From an uncultured Armatimonadetes bacterium (lineage in GTDB: Bacteria; Armatimonadota; UBA5829; DTJY01), in the NCBI GenBank assembly GCA_963717145.1, contig OY970325.1:1376001-1440000 (forward strand): 64,000 bases of DNA, read 5' to 3'. Below the pieces are notes generated by a model, which saw only the letters and a program-made list of their open reading frames with translations, did no database searches and was not told the DNA's origin. Position numbers and translations under genes: made by a program. Positions 41,012 to 50,849 of this stretch are shown here, in pieces. Every line of letters starts with the position of its first letter. The first letter of the stretch is position 1.

Positions 41012-42280
41012 CTACACCGTGATGATCTTGCCGAGGAGGAAGTGCTTGCGGTCGGGGTACCAGAAGATGCGGACTCCCGCGTGCTGGGTGATCGAGCCGT
41101 AGGAGCCGACCTCGGTCCGGCCGGTGGGTCCGTATGGGACGCCGTCGCTCGACATGAACGGGTGAGGAGTGCCGAACTGGATCGGCTGTTTCGCCATGCC
41201 ATCGTACACGCCGACCGCAACGAAAAGCTCCTGGCGGTTCACGGTATAGTCGGTCGGACCGCGACCCCCATATCCCGACCCATCGTTGTTGTAGAAGAAC
41301 AGGATGTACCGACCGTCCTTCAGCCGGAAGATCGGACATGGCGCGATCGGGTTCTTCACCATCTCGCCGTAGTCATGATAGTGCAGCGGCTGAGGATCGC
41401 TCCAGGTCCGGCCGTTGTCGTGCGATTGCGACCATGCCACGTAACCGTTGAGCGTGCGCAGCGTGCAGAACATCCCCCGCTCAGGGAGGAGCACCACTGA
41501 GGGCTCCTGAGCGACGGAGATCTCCGGCTTGTCGGAACGCGGAACCCGAAGGCCCACCCCGTGGGGCATGATCGTCTCGACCACGAAGCTCTTCGGATCC
41601 GGCTCTGTCAGCCAGTTGGTGAACCGGAAGAAGTTGATCACCGAGTCGATCTCGAAGAGCGCCGGCCCCTGTCCGCCGGCCCACCGAGTGAACCCGGCGA
41701 ACGGGACGCCATCGTGGTCGATCTTGACCGGATGATAGAGTATCCAGTTCGGCGGCATGGAGGGATCAGGGCTGTTGAGCGGTGACCCTGCGAATAGCAC
41801 TTCAACCGGCCTCGACCAGGTCTGGCCCTCGTTGTCGGAGACCCGCACGTACATCAGCCCAGTGGTGTCCTCCCGGGCATCCGTCACACCAACGTTCTTG
41901 TTGTAGCCGACGATGATCCGTCCGGTCGCCGGAACCACTATCGGGAACGACCAGCTTGCGAGGCCGGTTCCAGGTGAGTCACCTGGCTTTGCCTCATCGA
42001 GCACGTTGGGTGACGTCCACGTCGTCCCCTCATCGTCGCTGGTCGAATAGACGATCCGCTGGTCGGGGTGGTTCTCGTGAGTCGCCATCGTCCAGGCGGC
42101 AAAGAGCCTCCCGCTCGGCAGAACGACGACATGCAGATGCTGATTCTCGGCATCCGGTGTGTCCGTCCCCGAGGGGATATACAGGACGTGCGAGGGATAT
42201 GTGCGCTCCTGTTCACTGTCTGTGATCTGCTCTGCGAATCCCATGGGCGAACTCCAGGATACGGCTGCTCGGTCATTCAT
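41012..42280 (-). CDS. Sialidase-like/BNR-repeat protein
   Basis: Asp-boxes SDDEGTTW, SDNEGQTW and SHDNGRTW. Confidence 0.85.
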   Translation of the reverse strand: MNDRAAVSWSSPMGFAEQITDSEQERTYPSHVLYIPSGTDTPDAENQHLHVVVLPSGRLFAAWTMATHENHPDQRIVYSTSDDEGTTWTSPNVLDEAKPGDSPGTGLASWSFPIVVPATGRIIVGYNKNVGVTDAREDTTGLMYVRVSDNEGQTWSRPVEVLFAGSPLNSPDPSMPPNWILYHPVKIDHDGVPFAGFTRWAGGQGPALFEIDSVINFFRFTNWLTEPDPKSFVVETIMPHGVGLRVPRSDKPEISVAQEPSVVLLPERGMFCTLRTLNGYVAWSQSHDNGRTWSDPQPLHYHDYGEMVKNPIAPCPIFRLKDGRYILFFYNNDGSGYGGRGPTDYTVNRQELFVAVGVYDGMAKQPIQFGTPHPFMSSDGVPYGPTGRTEVGSYGSITQHAGVRIFWYPDRKHFLLGKIITV

Positions 42281-42384
42281 TCCCTATACATCGTCCTTCT
42301 CAATCCATCGCGAAGCGTGCATGAGTAACTCCATCGGAACGCGGGAACACTTAGTCTGATACCCCCGACCGAAAGGAGTACCGA

Positions 42385-42642
42385 ATGGACCTCAAGACCA
42401 AGGAGTTGCTGGCAATATCGGCGGCCTATGCAGGGAACTGCGAGCGGTGTCTGAGCTATCATGTCCGACATGGATTGGAAGCCGGACTGACGCAGAAGGA
42501 GATTCTGATAGCCGTCCGCATCGCGGACAGGGTGCGGGAGGCCTCGATATCGTTCCTCGACGACATCGTGACTCATGCCACGAAGGAATCACGTCAGCAG
42601 GAGGCCAATTCAGACGGGAAAGGTGACATCGATGGCAGATGA
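42385..42642 (+). CDS. Carboxymuconolactone decarboxylase/AhpD-like protein
   Basis: KTKELLAI...CERCLSYH motif. Confidence 0.85.
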   Translation: MDLKTKELLAISAAYAGNCERCLSYHVRHGLEAGLTQKEILIAVRIADRVREASISFLDDIVTHATKESRQQEANSDGKGDIDGR

Positions 42643-43297
42643 CACAAGGGACCGCGTGAGGAACATCATCACCGAGTTGAAGAAGGCATACCCACATGCC
42701 AAGGTAACGCTGGATTTCACCACTCCTCACGAGCTTCTGGTCGCCACAATCCTGGCCGCTCAATCGACCGACATCAACGTCAACCATGTGACCAAAAGCC
42801 TGTTCAAGAAGTACCGCTCGGTCGAGGAGTTCGCCAATGCGGACCCGGCGGAACTCGAGCAGGATATTCACTCGACCGGCTTCTTCAGGCAGAAGACCAA
42901 GTCGATCATGGAGTCATCCCAGGATATAGTCAACCTCTACGGCGGGAACGTGCCGGACACGATGGAGGAGTTGACTGAGCTTCGTGGCGTGGGCCGGAAG
43001 ACTGCCAACGTGATCCTCAGTGCGGCGTTCGGGAAGCCGGGCCTCATCGTGGACACGCACGTCCTGCGTGTCTCCGGTCGCCTCGGCCTCTCGGATCCCG
43101 ATCACGTCAAGAAGAAGGACGCCGTGAAGGTCGAGCAGGAGTTGATGGAGGTCGTTCCGCACGAGGATTGGTCCTGCTTCAGTCACGTCCTGGTCGCCCT
43201 CGGACGGACGATCTGCACGGCCCGCAATCCCCGGCACGAGGAGTGCCCGATCCTCCATCTCTGCCCCACCGGCCGAAAAGCGCTGGGTGGGGACTGA
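42632..43297 (+). CDS. nth: Endonuclease III
   Basis: LLVATILAAQSTD, HhH GVGRKTANV and VDTHV motifs. Confidence 0.95.
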   Translation: MADDTRDRVRNIITELKKAYPHAKVTLDFTTPHELLVATILAAQSTDINVNHVTKSLFKKYRSVEEFANADPAELEQDIHSTGFFRQKTKSIMESSQDIVNLYGGNVPDTMEELTELRGVGRKTANVILSAAFGKPGLIVDTHVLRVSGRLGLSDPDHVKKKDAVKVEQELMEVVPHEDWSCFSHVLVALGRTICTARNPRHEECPILHLCPTGRKALGGD

Positions 43298-43303
43298 GGA
43301 ACG

Positions 43304-43312
43304 TGCTATAAT
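43304..43312 (+). promoter_or_regulatory. Extended -10 promoter element
   Basis: TGCTATAAT just upstream of AGGAGGT RBS. Confidence 0.55.
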
Positions 43313-43332
43313 ACGCCCAGGAGGTGGTCGCA

Positions 43333-43536
43333 ATGGTTATGGCAAGAGTTACCCTGGCAGGTCGGATTACGATACCTGCAGCAATCCGCAAGCAGCTTGG
43401 TCTAGAGCCTGGGACGGAGGTGAAGATCCAAGTGCGAGAGAACGATATCCTGATTCGTCCCTCTAGGATGGTTGGGGAGACTTGTGGAGCCTCGGAGGAT
43501 TCGCTGGGCGAACAGGACGTTCGACTCGGGGACTAG
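43333..43536 (+). CDS. AbrB/MazE/SpoVT-family DNA-binding protein
   Basis: GRITIPAAIRKQLGLEPG motif. Confidence 0.85.
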   Translation: MVMARVTLAGRITIPAAIRKQLGLEPGTEVKIQVRENDILIRPSRMVGETCGASEDSLGEQDVRLGD

Positions 43537-43732
43537 ACGTGCCGAGACGGAAAGGATCGTGGCAGAGGAGGTAGCTAACCAGGACAGACCCTAGAATACA
43601 CACCCACACTCTTCCTGCTGAGCTTTCCGCTCCTCCCGGCCAATGATCACGGTAACAGCCTCCGCGCTTCAGACCGGTCTTCTGCCGGGCTGCCGCCATG
43701 ATCCCAAGGGGGTCACTCGTACATGCAAGCGA

Positions 43733-45394
43733 TCATACTGGCCGGCGGCAAGGGCCTCTCTGCAAGACAGCGTGAAGGGCAGTCCGACTCAGCAAACTCC
43801 GCGTAACCGGGCAAAGGTCGAACTTGTTTGCGTTCGAATTGTCATATTGCTGTAGTGCTTGCTCAGACATGTACGGCTTGATCTCCTGAAGCCACTTGCC
43901 AATCACGTTCTCCAGTGTATCGCTCTGCTCGACCCCGTTCCAAAAGAAGATGTCCGGACGGAAGTCAACCGAGCCCTTCTTGAATTCCGCATTCATCATG
44001 TCCAACTCAAAAAGCCCAATCGGCGCATTGGTGACGGTTGTCGGCAGCGATCTGCCGTCTCGTACCCACCCTGCCAAGAGTTCACCATCCAGGAGACAGG
44101 CGTCTGCGTCCACGGCCAGCCTGATGACCTGATCAATCTCAATACCGAAGTCAAGCGCATTGATATTAAGGAAGCAGCCGGAGGTGGTAAACTCCATAGG
44201 AACAGAGAGGAGTTCGACCGTTAGGGAATCGGGGCCCGTCAGAGGCTCCATCCCGATCGTGACGACCTCAAGGCTATCCAGATCGCCCCATTCCGGATGC
44301 CGCAGTTCCCAGAACCTGCGGGCAACGGCAAACTCAGGCCTCTCAAGTGACTTCCCGACTTCCGCCTCAAAGACATACCGTTTCTTCCGCTTATCCGGAT
44401 CGATGATGACGAGTTCTTCGCGCAGCTCACGTTCCACCGCTTCAATCGGACTCAGAAGCTCGACCTTCGAGTCGCAGCCGCCATTGGCAATGTTCCAGCC
44501 AATAGGGAAGACCTGCCGGTAGATCAGACAGTAGTATTCCTTGCCGCGATAAGAGAGCACCGGGAGCGTTCCGCCGCTCGCATAACGGAAAGGGAATTCA
44601 GGGTCATCAAACCTGTACATCTTGCGCTGATCAGGGAGCAAGAAGGCGTTTATCTCTGCCTGATACTGATCGGCTTTTTGTTCGAAGTTGGGTATGCGGC
44701 TGCGGACCTCTTCCTTGCCCCGGTTATTCCATACGGTGTAGGTCCTTTCATCGAACTCAACTCGTAGTTCAGCTCCGCCGTTCTGGGTTCTGACAAGCTT
44801 GAAGCCTGTGACCAAAGGTTCTAAGAATCGATTCTCTGCAAAACAGAGCCCTCTCACGAAGTCACATTTTGTGTAATCTATGCCCCTGTCGCGGCTTTGT
44901 CCCCCGTTATCCAACGGCCCCGCCTCAACATCACTGACAGGTGCGGTTCCTACGGATACGTTTTCTGGCCACTCACCCAGCCATACAAGACCCGCGACAA
45001 TTTTCGGTAGGATCTTGGGGATACCAGCGACGGATTCAAGCTCAACTCCCGAGGCGGCTCTCATATAGGCGACCCAATTGGGCTTCAAGGCCGCAAATCG
45101 CTCATAACTCAGGGCAAAAAGAACAGGTATGCACGGCTTGTTATGCTCATGAGCGATAACCAACTCACTCTCCACTTGATGAGACCGCACGGACTGCTCT
45201 GAAAGCAATACGAGAACTGCCGTAGCGGTCCTAATAACCTCCGAGGTCTCATCGACATGGAATCTGCCAGCAACCCCGTTGCGTCCGTAATACCAGGCGG
45301 TGTAACCTTCTTCCTCAATGGACTTGGCAAGTGCTTCCACAATTGCCGAATCTTCCTCCGCGTAGCTGATCATTATCTGTGCTGGCTTGTGCAT
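43733..45394 (-). CDS. TIR domain fused to a Nudix-like domain
   Basis: MISYAEED, VLLSEQSVRSHQVESEL, CIPV; GGCDSKVE...RELREEL. Confidence 0.75.
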   Translation of the reverse strand: MHKPAQIMISYAEEDSAIVEALAKSIEEEGYTAWYYGRNGVAGRFHVDETSEVIRTATAVLVLLSEQSVRSHQVESELVIAHEHNKPCIPVLFALSYERFAALKPNWVAYMRAASGVELESVAGIPKILPKIVAGLVWLGEWPENVSVGTAPVSDVEAGPLDNGGQSRDRGIDYTKCDFVRGLCFAENRFLEPLVTGFKLVRTQNGGAELRVEFDERTYTVWNNRGKEEVRSRIPNFEQKADQYQAEINAFLLPDQRKMYRFDDPEFPFRYASGGTLPVLSYRGKEYYCLIYRQVFPIGWNIANGGCDSKVELLSPIEAVERELREELVIIDPDKRKKRYVFEAEVGKSLERPEFAVARRFWELRHPEWGDLDSLEVVTIGMEPLTGPDSLTVELLSVPMEFTTSGCFLNINALDFGIEIDQVIRLAVDADACLLDGELLAGWVRDGRSLPTTVTNAPIGLFELDMMNAEFKKGSVDFRPDIFFWNGVEQSDTLENVIGKWLQEIKPYMSEQALQQYDNSNANKFDLCPVTRSLLSRTALHAVLQRGPCRRPV

Positions 45395-45553
45395 TCTGCA
45401 CCTCCGGGCAAGAGTCAGTCCGCTTTCGCACTCTTGTGATAATATAACCTAGTGCTACAATCGCCGTCAAGGTCTGCATCGCCGCTGGTCTCGACGAGCG
45501 CTGCTGAGGCGACGGATCCGAGATGATACAAGGGCAGGAGTACAAGTCCTGCC

Positions 45554-45766
45554 CTATTCGGCCTTCTCCTGCCAGCACTCGATGGTGGTGGCAATACACT
45601 TATCGATGGCCTCATCGCCTTCTACGTCGTGGCTGCGCTCGCACTCATACCGAAGAAACACCCGCTCCGGGAATGGCGACTTACTCCCCCGCGACTCGAG
45701 CTTATGCCGCTCGCGGAGATGTCTGCACGCACCCGGTACCGGCTTGATCTCTGTCTGTCCTGACAT
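45554..45766 (-). CDS. Small Cys-containing hypothetical protein
   Basis: GGAGGAG RBS; 70 aa with four Cys. Confidence 0.6.
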   Translation of the reverse strand: MSGQTEIKPVPGACRHLRERHKLESRGSKSPFPERVFLRYECERSHDVEGDEAIDKCIATTIECWQEKAE

Positions 45767-45778
45767 GGTTGCTCTCCT

Positions 45779-45851
45779 CCTCGGAGTGCGGTGGCTTGAC
45801 ACCGCTTTGAAGACCTGGGCGAAAGCGGTGTCAAGCCACCGCACTCCGAGG
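45779..45851. repeat. REP doublet, GGAG class (GGAGTGCGGTGGCTTGACACCGC)
   Basis: 30-bp perfect inverted arms. Confidence 0.9.
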
Positions 45852-45853
45852 CG

Positions 45854-48031
45854 CTAGAACCGAACCCCGAGATTCGCCTGGGCTTCGTATGCCGTCTTGC
45901 CTTCCATGTACATCTGGTTTTCCTCGTAGGTCGTCAAGGTTCCCCCGATGTAGAGATCGAGATCAGACCCGACCTGATGCCTGTAGCCCAGAGCGTAAAT
46001 GTTCGTGGCAAGAACTGACTGCTCCCGATACTGGTCAAGCTTGTAGCTCGTCGTCAACAGACCGTGGGCCGAAAGCTTGACATCGATACCGACCTCCGTC
46101 ACCTCGCTGCGCTTGCCTGCCAGGTAACTGTCCTTCTGAGTATAACCGCCCTTGAGCTTCAGGCTGCCGAAGTCCGTCAGCAAGCCAACCTTCTGGTTGT
46201 TCTCGCGCTGGACGATTCCCTTCTTGTCTTCCGGGTTGCTCGAAAACTCGCCCGTGACCTTGATGAAACCGCTCGGGTTGAGCACCACTGCGGCGTTCAT
46301 GGTGTTCAGGTCTTCCTCGCCGGTCTTCTGTCGCTGCTTATAGTCGCCGGATAGCTGGATGAAGTTGCCCGGATTGGTGGAAGCGCTGACGTCATTCGTT
46401 CTCGCGACCACCGTGCCGTCGCTCTCCAACTCACTGTATCCGCCCGAGATGGTCGTATTGCCAAACGGATTGAGCGCCAGCCTTGCCTCCCTGGTAATGT
46501 CGTGCGCAGCATCGGTACCATGAAGCCCGATCGCGGCCGAGACGCTTAGCAGTTTCGACGGCGTGGCCTCGAGTCGGAACTTCCCGACCTGCTCGTCGCC
46601 ACGAATCTCGGAATCCCTGGCCGACCAGTCCATGGTCACGTTCAGGTAGGACAGCGGTGACGAGACAACCTTCATCGAATGCCCGAACTCACTGCCCTCC
46701 CCTTCGAGGTCCCTGTGCGCCAGGTTCATCTCGATGTTCAACTTCGCTGACGGATTGGCTGTGAGCTCGAGGGTCTCCGACGCGTCGCTCCCGTCGGCAT
46801 CGGTCTTCCTATGGGTGACCGCCGCTTTGACGCTGAGGGTCTTCGACGGACTGGCGTCGATATCGAACTTCATCTTCGTGTCGTCGCCGGTGTCGCTCGA
46901 ATTCTTCTGCGTAAGGCTGCTCTTGACACCCACGTTCTCACTTATCTTCGCATTCATGGAAATCTGGTCCGTCGTCAGGCGCGACTGCCCATCGTCGTCC
47001 TGGGTCAGGACGTTCTCGTGCGTGGCGACGGCATTGACGCTGCCGAGCTGATGCTCGATCTTGACCTGATCGGTAGTGGTCTTCTGTGCGCCCTCATCCG
47101 GGCGGTCCTTCTCGACCTCCGTGCGCGATACGTTCATCTTGGGCGCACCGTCGTCGGCATAGGACATCGCGTAGGTGTTGGTGGTCGTGACCTCGCCTTC
47201 CTTCGCGCCGGCGAGCTGCTCGGTCCGATTGGTGGATGCGCTGAGATTGAGAACGTCACTGGGAGCAAACGCAGCCGCGAAGTCCATCGCTTCCACGCCC
47301 GGTTTCAGCTTGTACTCCTTCGCGCCGGCGAAGCTCTCACCGATGCGGCTGTAGGAAGTCGTGAGCTTGAGGCCGCCGATCCCGGTGCTCCCACCGAACT
47401 GCATCGCCGATCGATCTACGAACGATGCATCCTTCGCATCCTGGCCCTCGGTCTCGGGGGTGAACAGGAACATGGAGGAGATCTGGCCGCTCTTGAACTT
47501 CGTGTCGCCGCTGAGCCCGAGGATCATCAGGTCAGAGGTCTGCTTCGGGTCCGCACCCGCCTGCCTGTAGAGCGCCGTGAACTGCAGGCTTCGGTTGTCG
47601 CGCTTGAGCAGATCGAGGGTCAGAGGCATATTGATGGCCGACACGTTGCGCGTGGCGGTCTTCGGATCGAACTTGTACGCGACCTTGATGACCGCGCCGC
47701 TGGGAACCGGCGAAGTGAACGCCAGAATGCCCGAGGCGTAGTCGATCTGATAGTCGGCATTGCGCTGAACCATGTGGCTGTTCACGGTGACCGACTCGCT
47801 GTTACGATCGATCGGCTTCCATGAGAGCGAATAGGGACCCTTGGTGTTCTTGCCGAAGAGGACGTCCTGGCTGCCGTCGAACAGGTTCTGAGGCGTTGTC
47901 ATCTGCGAGACACCGGTCATACCGGTGTTGGCGACCCGCCCGGGAAGCTCCTGAGCGCTTGCTCCCGGCACGATGAGACTTAGTATGCAGATGTAGGCGA
48001 GGATTCGCGCTATCGCCCGAGCATTACTCAT
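45854..48031 (-). CDS. Large secreted beta-rich protein, probable outer-membrane barrel
   Basis: Signal peptide, DYQIDYASG motif, amphipathic strands, terminal ...LGVRF. Confidence 0.7.
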   Translation of the reverse strand: MSNARAIARILAYICILSLIVPGASAQELPGRVANTGMTGVSQMTTPQNLFDGSQDVLFGKNTKGPYSLSWKPIDRNSESVTVNSHMVQRNADYQIDYASGILAFTSPVPSGAVIKVAYKFDPKTATRNVSAINMPLTLDLLKRDNRSLQFTALYRQAGADPKQTSDLMILGLSGDTKFKSGQISSMFLFTPETEGQDAKDASFVDRSAMQFGGSTGIGGLKLTTSYSRIGESFAGAKEYKLKPGVEAMDFAAAFAPSDVLNLSASTNRTEQLAGAKEGEVTTTNTYAMSYADDGAPKMNVSRTEVEKDRPDEGAQKTTTDQVKIEHQLGSVNAVATHENVLTQDDDGQSRLTTDQISMNAKISENVGVKSSLTQKNSSDTGDDTKMKFDIDASPSKTLSVKAAVTHRKTDADGSDASETLELTANPSAKLNIEMNLAHRDLEGEGSEFGHSMKVVSSPLSYLNVTMDWSARDSEIRGDEQVGKFRLEATPSKLLSVSAAIGLHGTDAAHDITREARLALNPFGNTTISGGYSELESDGTVVARTNDVSASTNPGNFIQLSGDYKQRQKTGEEDLNTMNAAVVLNPSGFIKVTGEFSSNPEDKKGIVQRENNQKVGLLTDFGSLKLKGGYTQKDSYLAGKRSEVTEVGIDVKLSAHGLLTTSYKLDQYREQSVLATNIYALGYRHQVGSDLDLYIGGTLTTYEENQMYMEGKTAYEAQANLGVRF

Positions 48032-48172
48032 AACGCGATCTGCTCCTTGAAATACTGTCTTGCCGTAGTATTTGACGTTCATCCGAGCGTGAAGGTTTCA
48101 CGAAGTGACCTACCCTCGCTCGTTCACCAAGCTATTAGTACTTTACCACAATTGCCGCTCGAACTCAAGCAC

Positions 48173-49534
48173 CGTGTTGCCTCATTTAACTTTGTTACCG
48201 AAACGCCATTCGTTGCGTCATTGATAATGTTACCAAGTAGTGTGTTCAAGTATGTCAGATCGGCTCTTGATCGCCGCTCAGGGCCGCGCCTTGCTCGCTT
48301 TCGATCTGTCTTTATTCGGCATCCTGTCAAGCTTTGATGATAGCCTGTGGATGCGTCTTAGTAGCTCCACCGGGTTCGTCGCTCTACGTTCTTTATCGAG
48401 GCGATCCTTTGCTTCATCGTCAAGCCATCCTTCAACACTTATCAGCTTGCGGTACGGCGTCATCGCAGGCTCATAGCGTTTGATCACTTTACTCCCAATC
48501 CGCTCCTTTTCTTTAAGACGCATCATGGGCTGACAGAAGTTGTGATACGCCACGATCAGCGGATATATCGCCTTTAGTACCGCAAGCTGCTCGTCCGTCT
48601 CGAATCGCCGGTAACCTATAAACTGCCGGACTACGCTCCAGTTCTTCTGCTCTACATGACATTGATCGTTCTTCTTGTAAGGCCGACTGCGCGTAAACGT
48701 GATCCTGTGCGCTCGACAGTACTTGTTCATGTGATGGTTGATGAACTCGCCGCCGTTGTCGGTATCTATGCCTCTGACTGCAAACGGTGCGCTCTTGGAC
48801 GCGGACTGCACCGCAAGCACGGTTCCGTGCTCCCCTCGGCCTTTCATTCCATCAAGCGCTACCCATCCGGTCGCTACATCAGTCATAGTCAAAGTATACA
48901 GGAACTCTCCGCTCCCGTCACCTCCGCAATGACCCACCAAGTCCATCTCGAAGAACCCAGGCTCAGCTTCATCCCAGTCGGCAAACGTCCTCACCGGGAT
49001 CTGAGACCGAAGCAGTGTCCCCGGCTTTGTTAAGGTCCTCCCTGTTAGCGATAGGGCAGACCGCTCCTTCTTCATCAACCTGTCGATGCTCGACGCGCTG
49101 ATCGAGTTAAGCAGCCTCTCTTCTTCTGGTGTAACCGTTATCTCCCCGAATGACTCCAGTATGGGTAGAAACTCAGTCAGAAACGGCTGCAGACGCTTAC
49201 CGCACGCGTAGAAACTCGCAGCCCAGAGTGTCTTCAGCTTGTGGGCTATCGGCTCGTATTTCGACTTCCTTGCGCGTCTCACTGGACTCCTCGCTGGTGG
49301 AACTCCTTTCGCGAACAGCCTCACCAGCGACTTCCTGTGGTAACCGGTCAATCCCTGGACTTCACTCAATACCAGCTTCTTCTCCGATTTGGTGGCTTTG
49401 CCATATTCTTTGCGTTTGCGCCTCACGACTTCTCTTACGGATGCAGTTGTCATCTTCTCCATGCCTCAGTTTCGGTAACATTCTTATCTGAGGCAACGTT
49501 TCCGTTTCGGTAACATCGTTCGTGAAGCAATTCG
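48173..49534 (-). mobile_element. Insertion sequence with integrase-core DDE transposase (ISNCY/IS481-like)
   Basis: Each end has two copies of TTGCCTCA-N-TGTTACCGAAA, inverted relative to the other end. Confidence 0.8.
48278..49462 (-). CDS. DDE integrase-core transposase
   Basis: PGFFEMDLVGH, DTDNGGEF and RSRPYKKNDQCHVEQKN motifs. Confidence 0.92.
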   Translation of the reverse strand: MEKMTTASVREVVRRKRKEYGKATKSEKKLVLSEVQGLTGYHRKSLVRLFAKGVPPARSPVRRARKSKYEPIAHKLKTLWAASFYACGKRLQPFLTEFLPILESFGEITVTPEEERLLNSISASSIDRLMKKERSALSLTGRTLTKPGTLLRSQIPVRTFADWDEAEPGFFEMDLVGHCGGDGSGEFLYTLTMTDVATGWVALDGMKGRGEHGTVLAVQSASKSAPFAVRGIDTDNGGEFINHHMNKYCRAHRITFTRSRPYKKNDQCHVEQKNWSVVRQFIGYRRFETDEQLAVLKAIYPLIVAYHNFCQPMMRLKEKERIGSKVIKRYEPAMTPYRKLISVEGWLDDEAKDRLDKERRATNPVELLRRIHRLSSKLDRMPNKDRSKASKARP

Positions 49535-49607
49535 CTGAGTTGCCAAGAGCGGCCCGGATACTGTAACATGTACGGGTTATGGGTAGAAATCCACGCGGGA
49601 GGCAGCA

Positions 49608-50846
49608 ATGGAAGGACTCAAGGCAGTACTCGTTATCTGCGACGGGATGGCGGACCGGCCAGTGCCCGAACTGGGGAACAGGACTCCGCTCGAAGCCGCT
49701 GATAACCCTAATATGAATACCCTCGCGCTCCAGGGCCAGTGCGGCATCATGGATCCGATCGCCCCGGGCATCAGGGCCGGAAGCGATACGTCCCACCTCG
49801 CAATCCTCGGATTCGATCCGTTCAAGTACTACACCGGGCGCGGCCCCTTCGAGGCCGCGGGCATCGGCATGGACGTCAAGCACGGTGACATCGCCTTCCG
49901 GTGCAACTTCTCGACCGTCGACTCAGACATGGTGATCACCGATCGGCGAGCGGGCCGGATCGAGACGGGCACCGATCAACTCGCGGCGGCGGTCAACGGC
50001 ATGAAGATCGAGGACATCACCTGCTTCTTCAAGGAGTCGGTCGCCCATCGAGGCGCGCTCGTCCTGCGAGGTCCGGGACTCGGCGCCGCAGTCACCGATG
50101 CCGACCCGCATGAGGTCGGTGAGAAGATCCACGAAGCCCATGCGACCGATCCATCCGATGCCGCAAGCGCCAAGGCCGCTCGCATCGTCAACGTGTTCGT
50201 TCGCAAGTCATACGAACTGCTCAGAGACCATCCCGTGAACAAGGCGCGCGAGGCGGAGGGCAAAGCACCCGCGAATATCATCCTCCCGCGCGGGGCCGGA
50301 CTGGCCCCTCAGCTTGGCAGCTTCGAGGAGAAGTACCACCTCAGGCCGGCAGCGGTCGTCGAAACGGGTCTGATCGCCGGGATCGCGTGTTACCTCGGCA
50401 TGGACATCATCGAGGTCCCTGGCGCGAACGGCGGGCTCGATTCCGATATCATGGCGATGGGCGACGCGATCGTGAAGGCGCTCGACGATCACAACTTCAT
50501 CCTCTGCAACATCAAGGGCGGCGACATCGCGGGTCACGACGGCGATCCCGAGGCCAAGAAGCAGTTCATCGAGCGGACAGACAAGGTCGTCGGCATGCTC
50601 ATGGAGAAGCTCGACCACCAGACGTACATCATCCTGACCGCAGACCACGCGACCCCCGTGGCGATCATGGACCATTCCGGCGATCCCGTCCCCATCGTCA
50701 TCCGCGGGCCGGGAGTACTCGTCGATTCCGTTCAGGCGCTCGATGAGCGATCGGTCATAGGAGGAGGATTGGTACGGGTGCGTGGAATAGACATTATGAA
50801 CATTCTCACCAATCTGATGAACGTTCAGGAGAAGTTCGGAGCGTAA
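49608..50846 (+). CDS. apgM: 2,3-BPG-independent phosphoglycerate mutase, ApgM type
   Basis: DGMAD, TPLEAA, GSDTSH, GRGPFEA and TADHATP motifs. Confidence 0.95.
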   Translation: MEGLKAVLVICDGMADRPVPELGNRTPLEAADNPNMNTLALQGQCGIMDPIAPGIRAGSDTSHLAILGFDPFKYYTGRGPFEAAGIGMDVKHGDIAFRCNFSTVDSDMVITDRRAGRIETGTDQLAAAVNGMKIEDITCFFKESVAHRGALVLRGPGLGAAVTDADPHEVGEKIHEAHATDPSDAASAKAARIVNVFVRKSYELLRDHPVNKAREAEGKAPANIILPRGAGLAPQLGSFEEKYHLRPAAVVETGLIAGIACYLGMDIIEVPGANGGLDSDIMAMGDAIVKALDDHNFILCNIKGGDIAGHDGDPEAKKQFIERTDKVVGMLMEKLDHQTYIILTADHATPVAIMDHSGDPVPIVIRGPGVLVDSVQALDERSVIGGGLVRVRGIDIMNILTNLMNVQEKFGA

Positions 50847-50849
50847 CAT

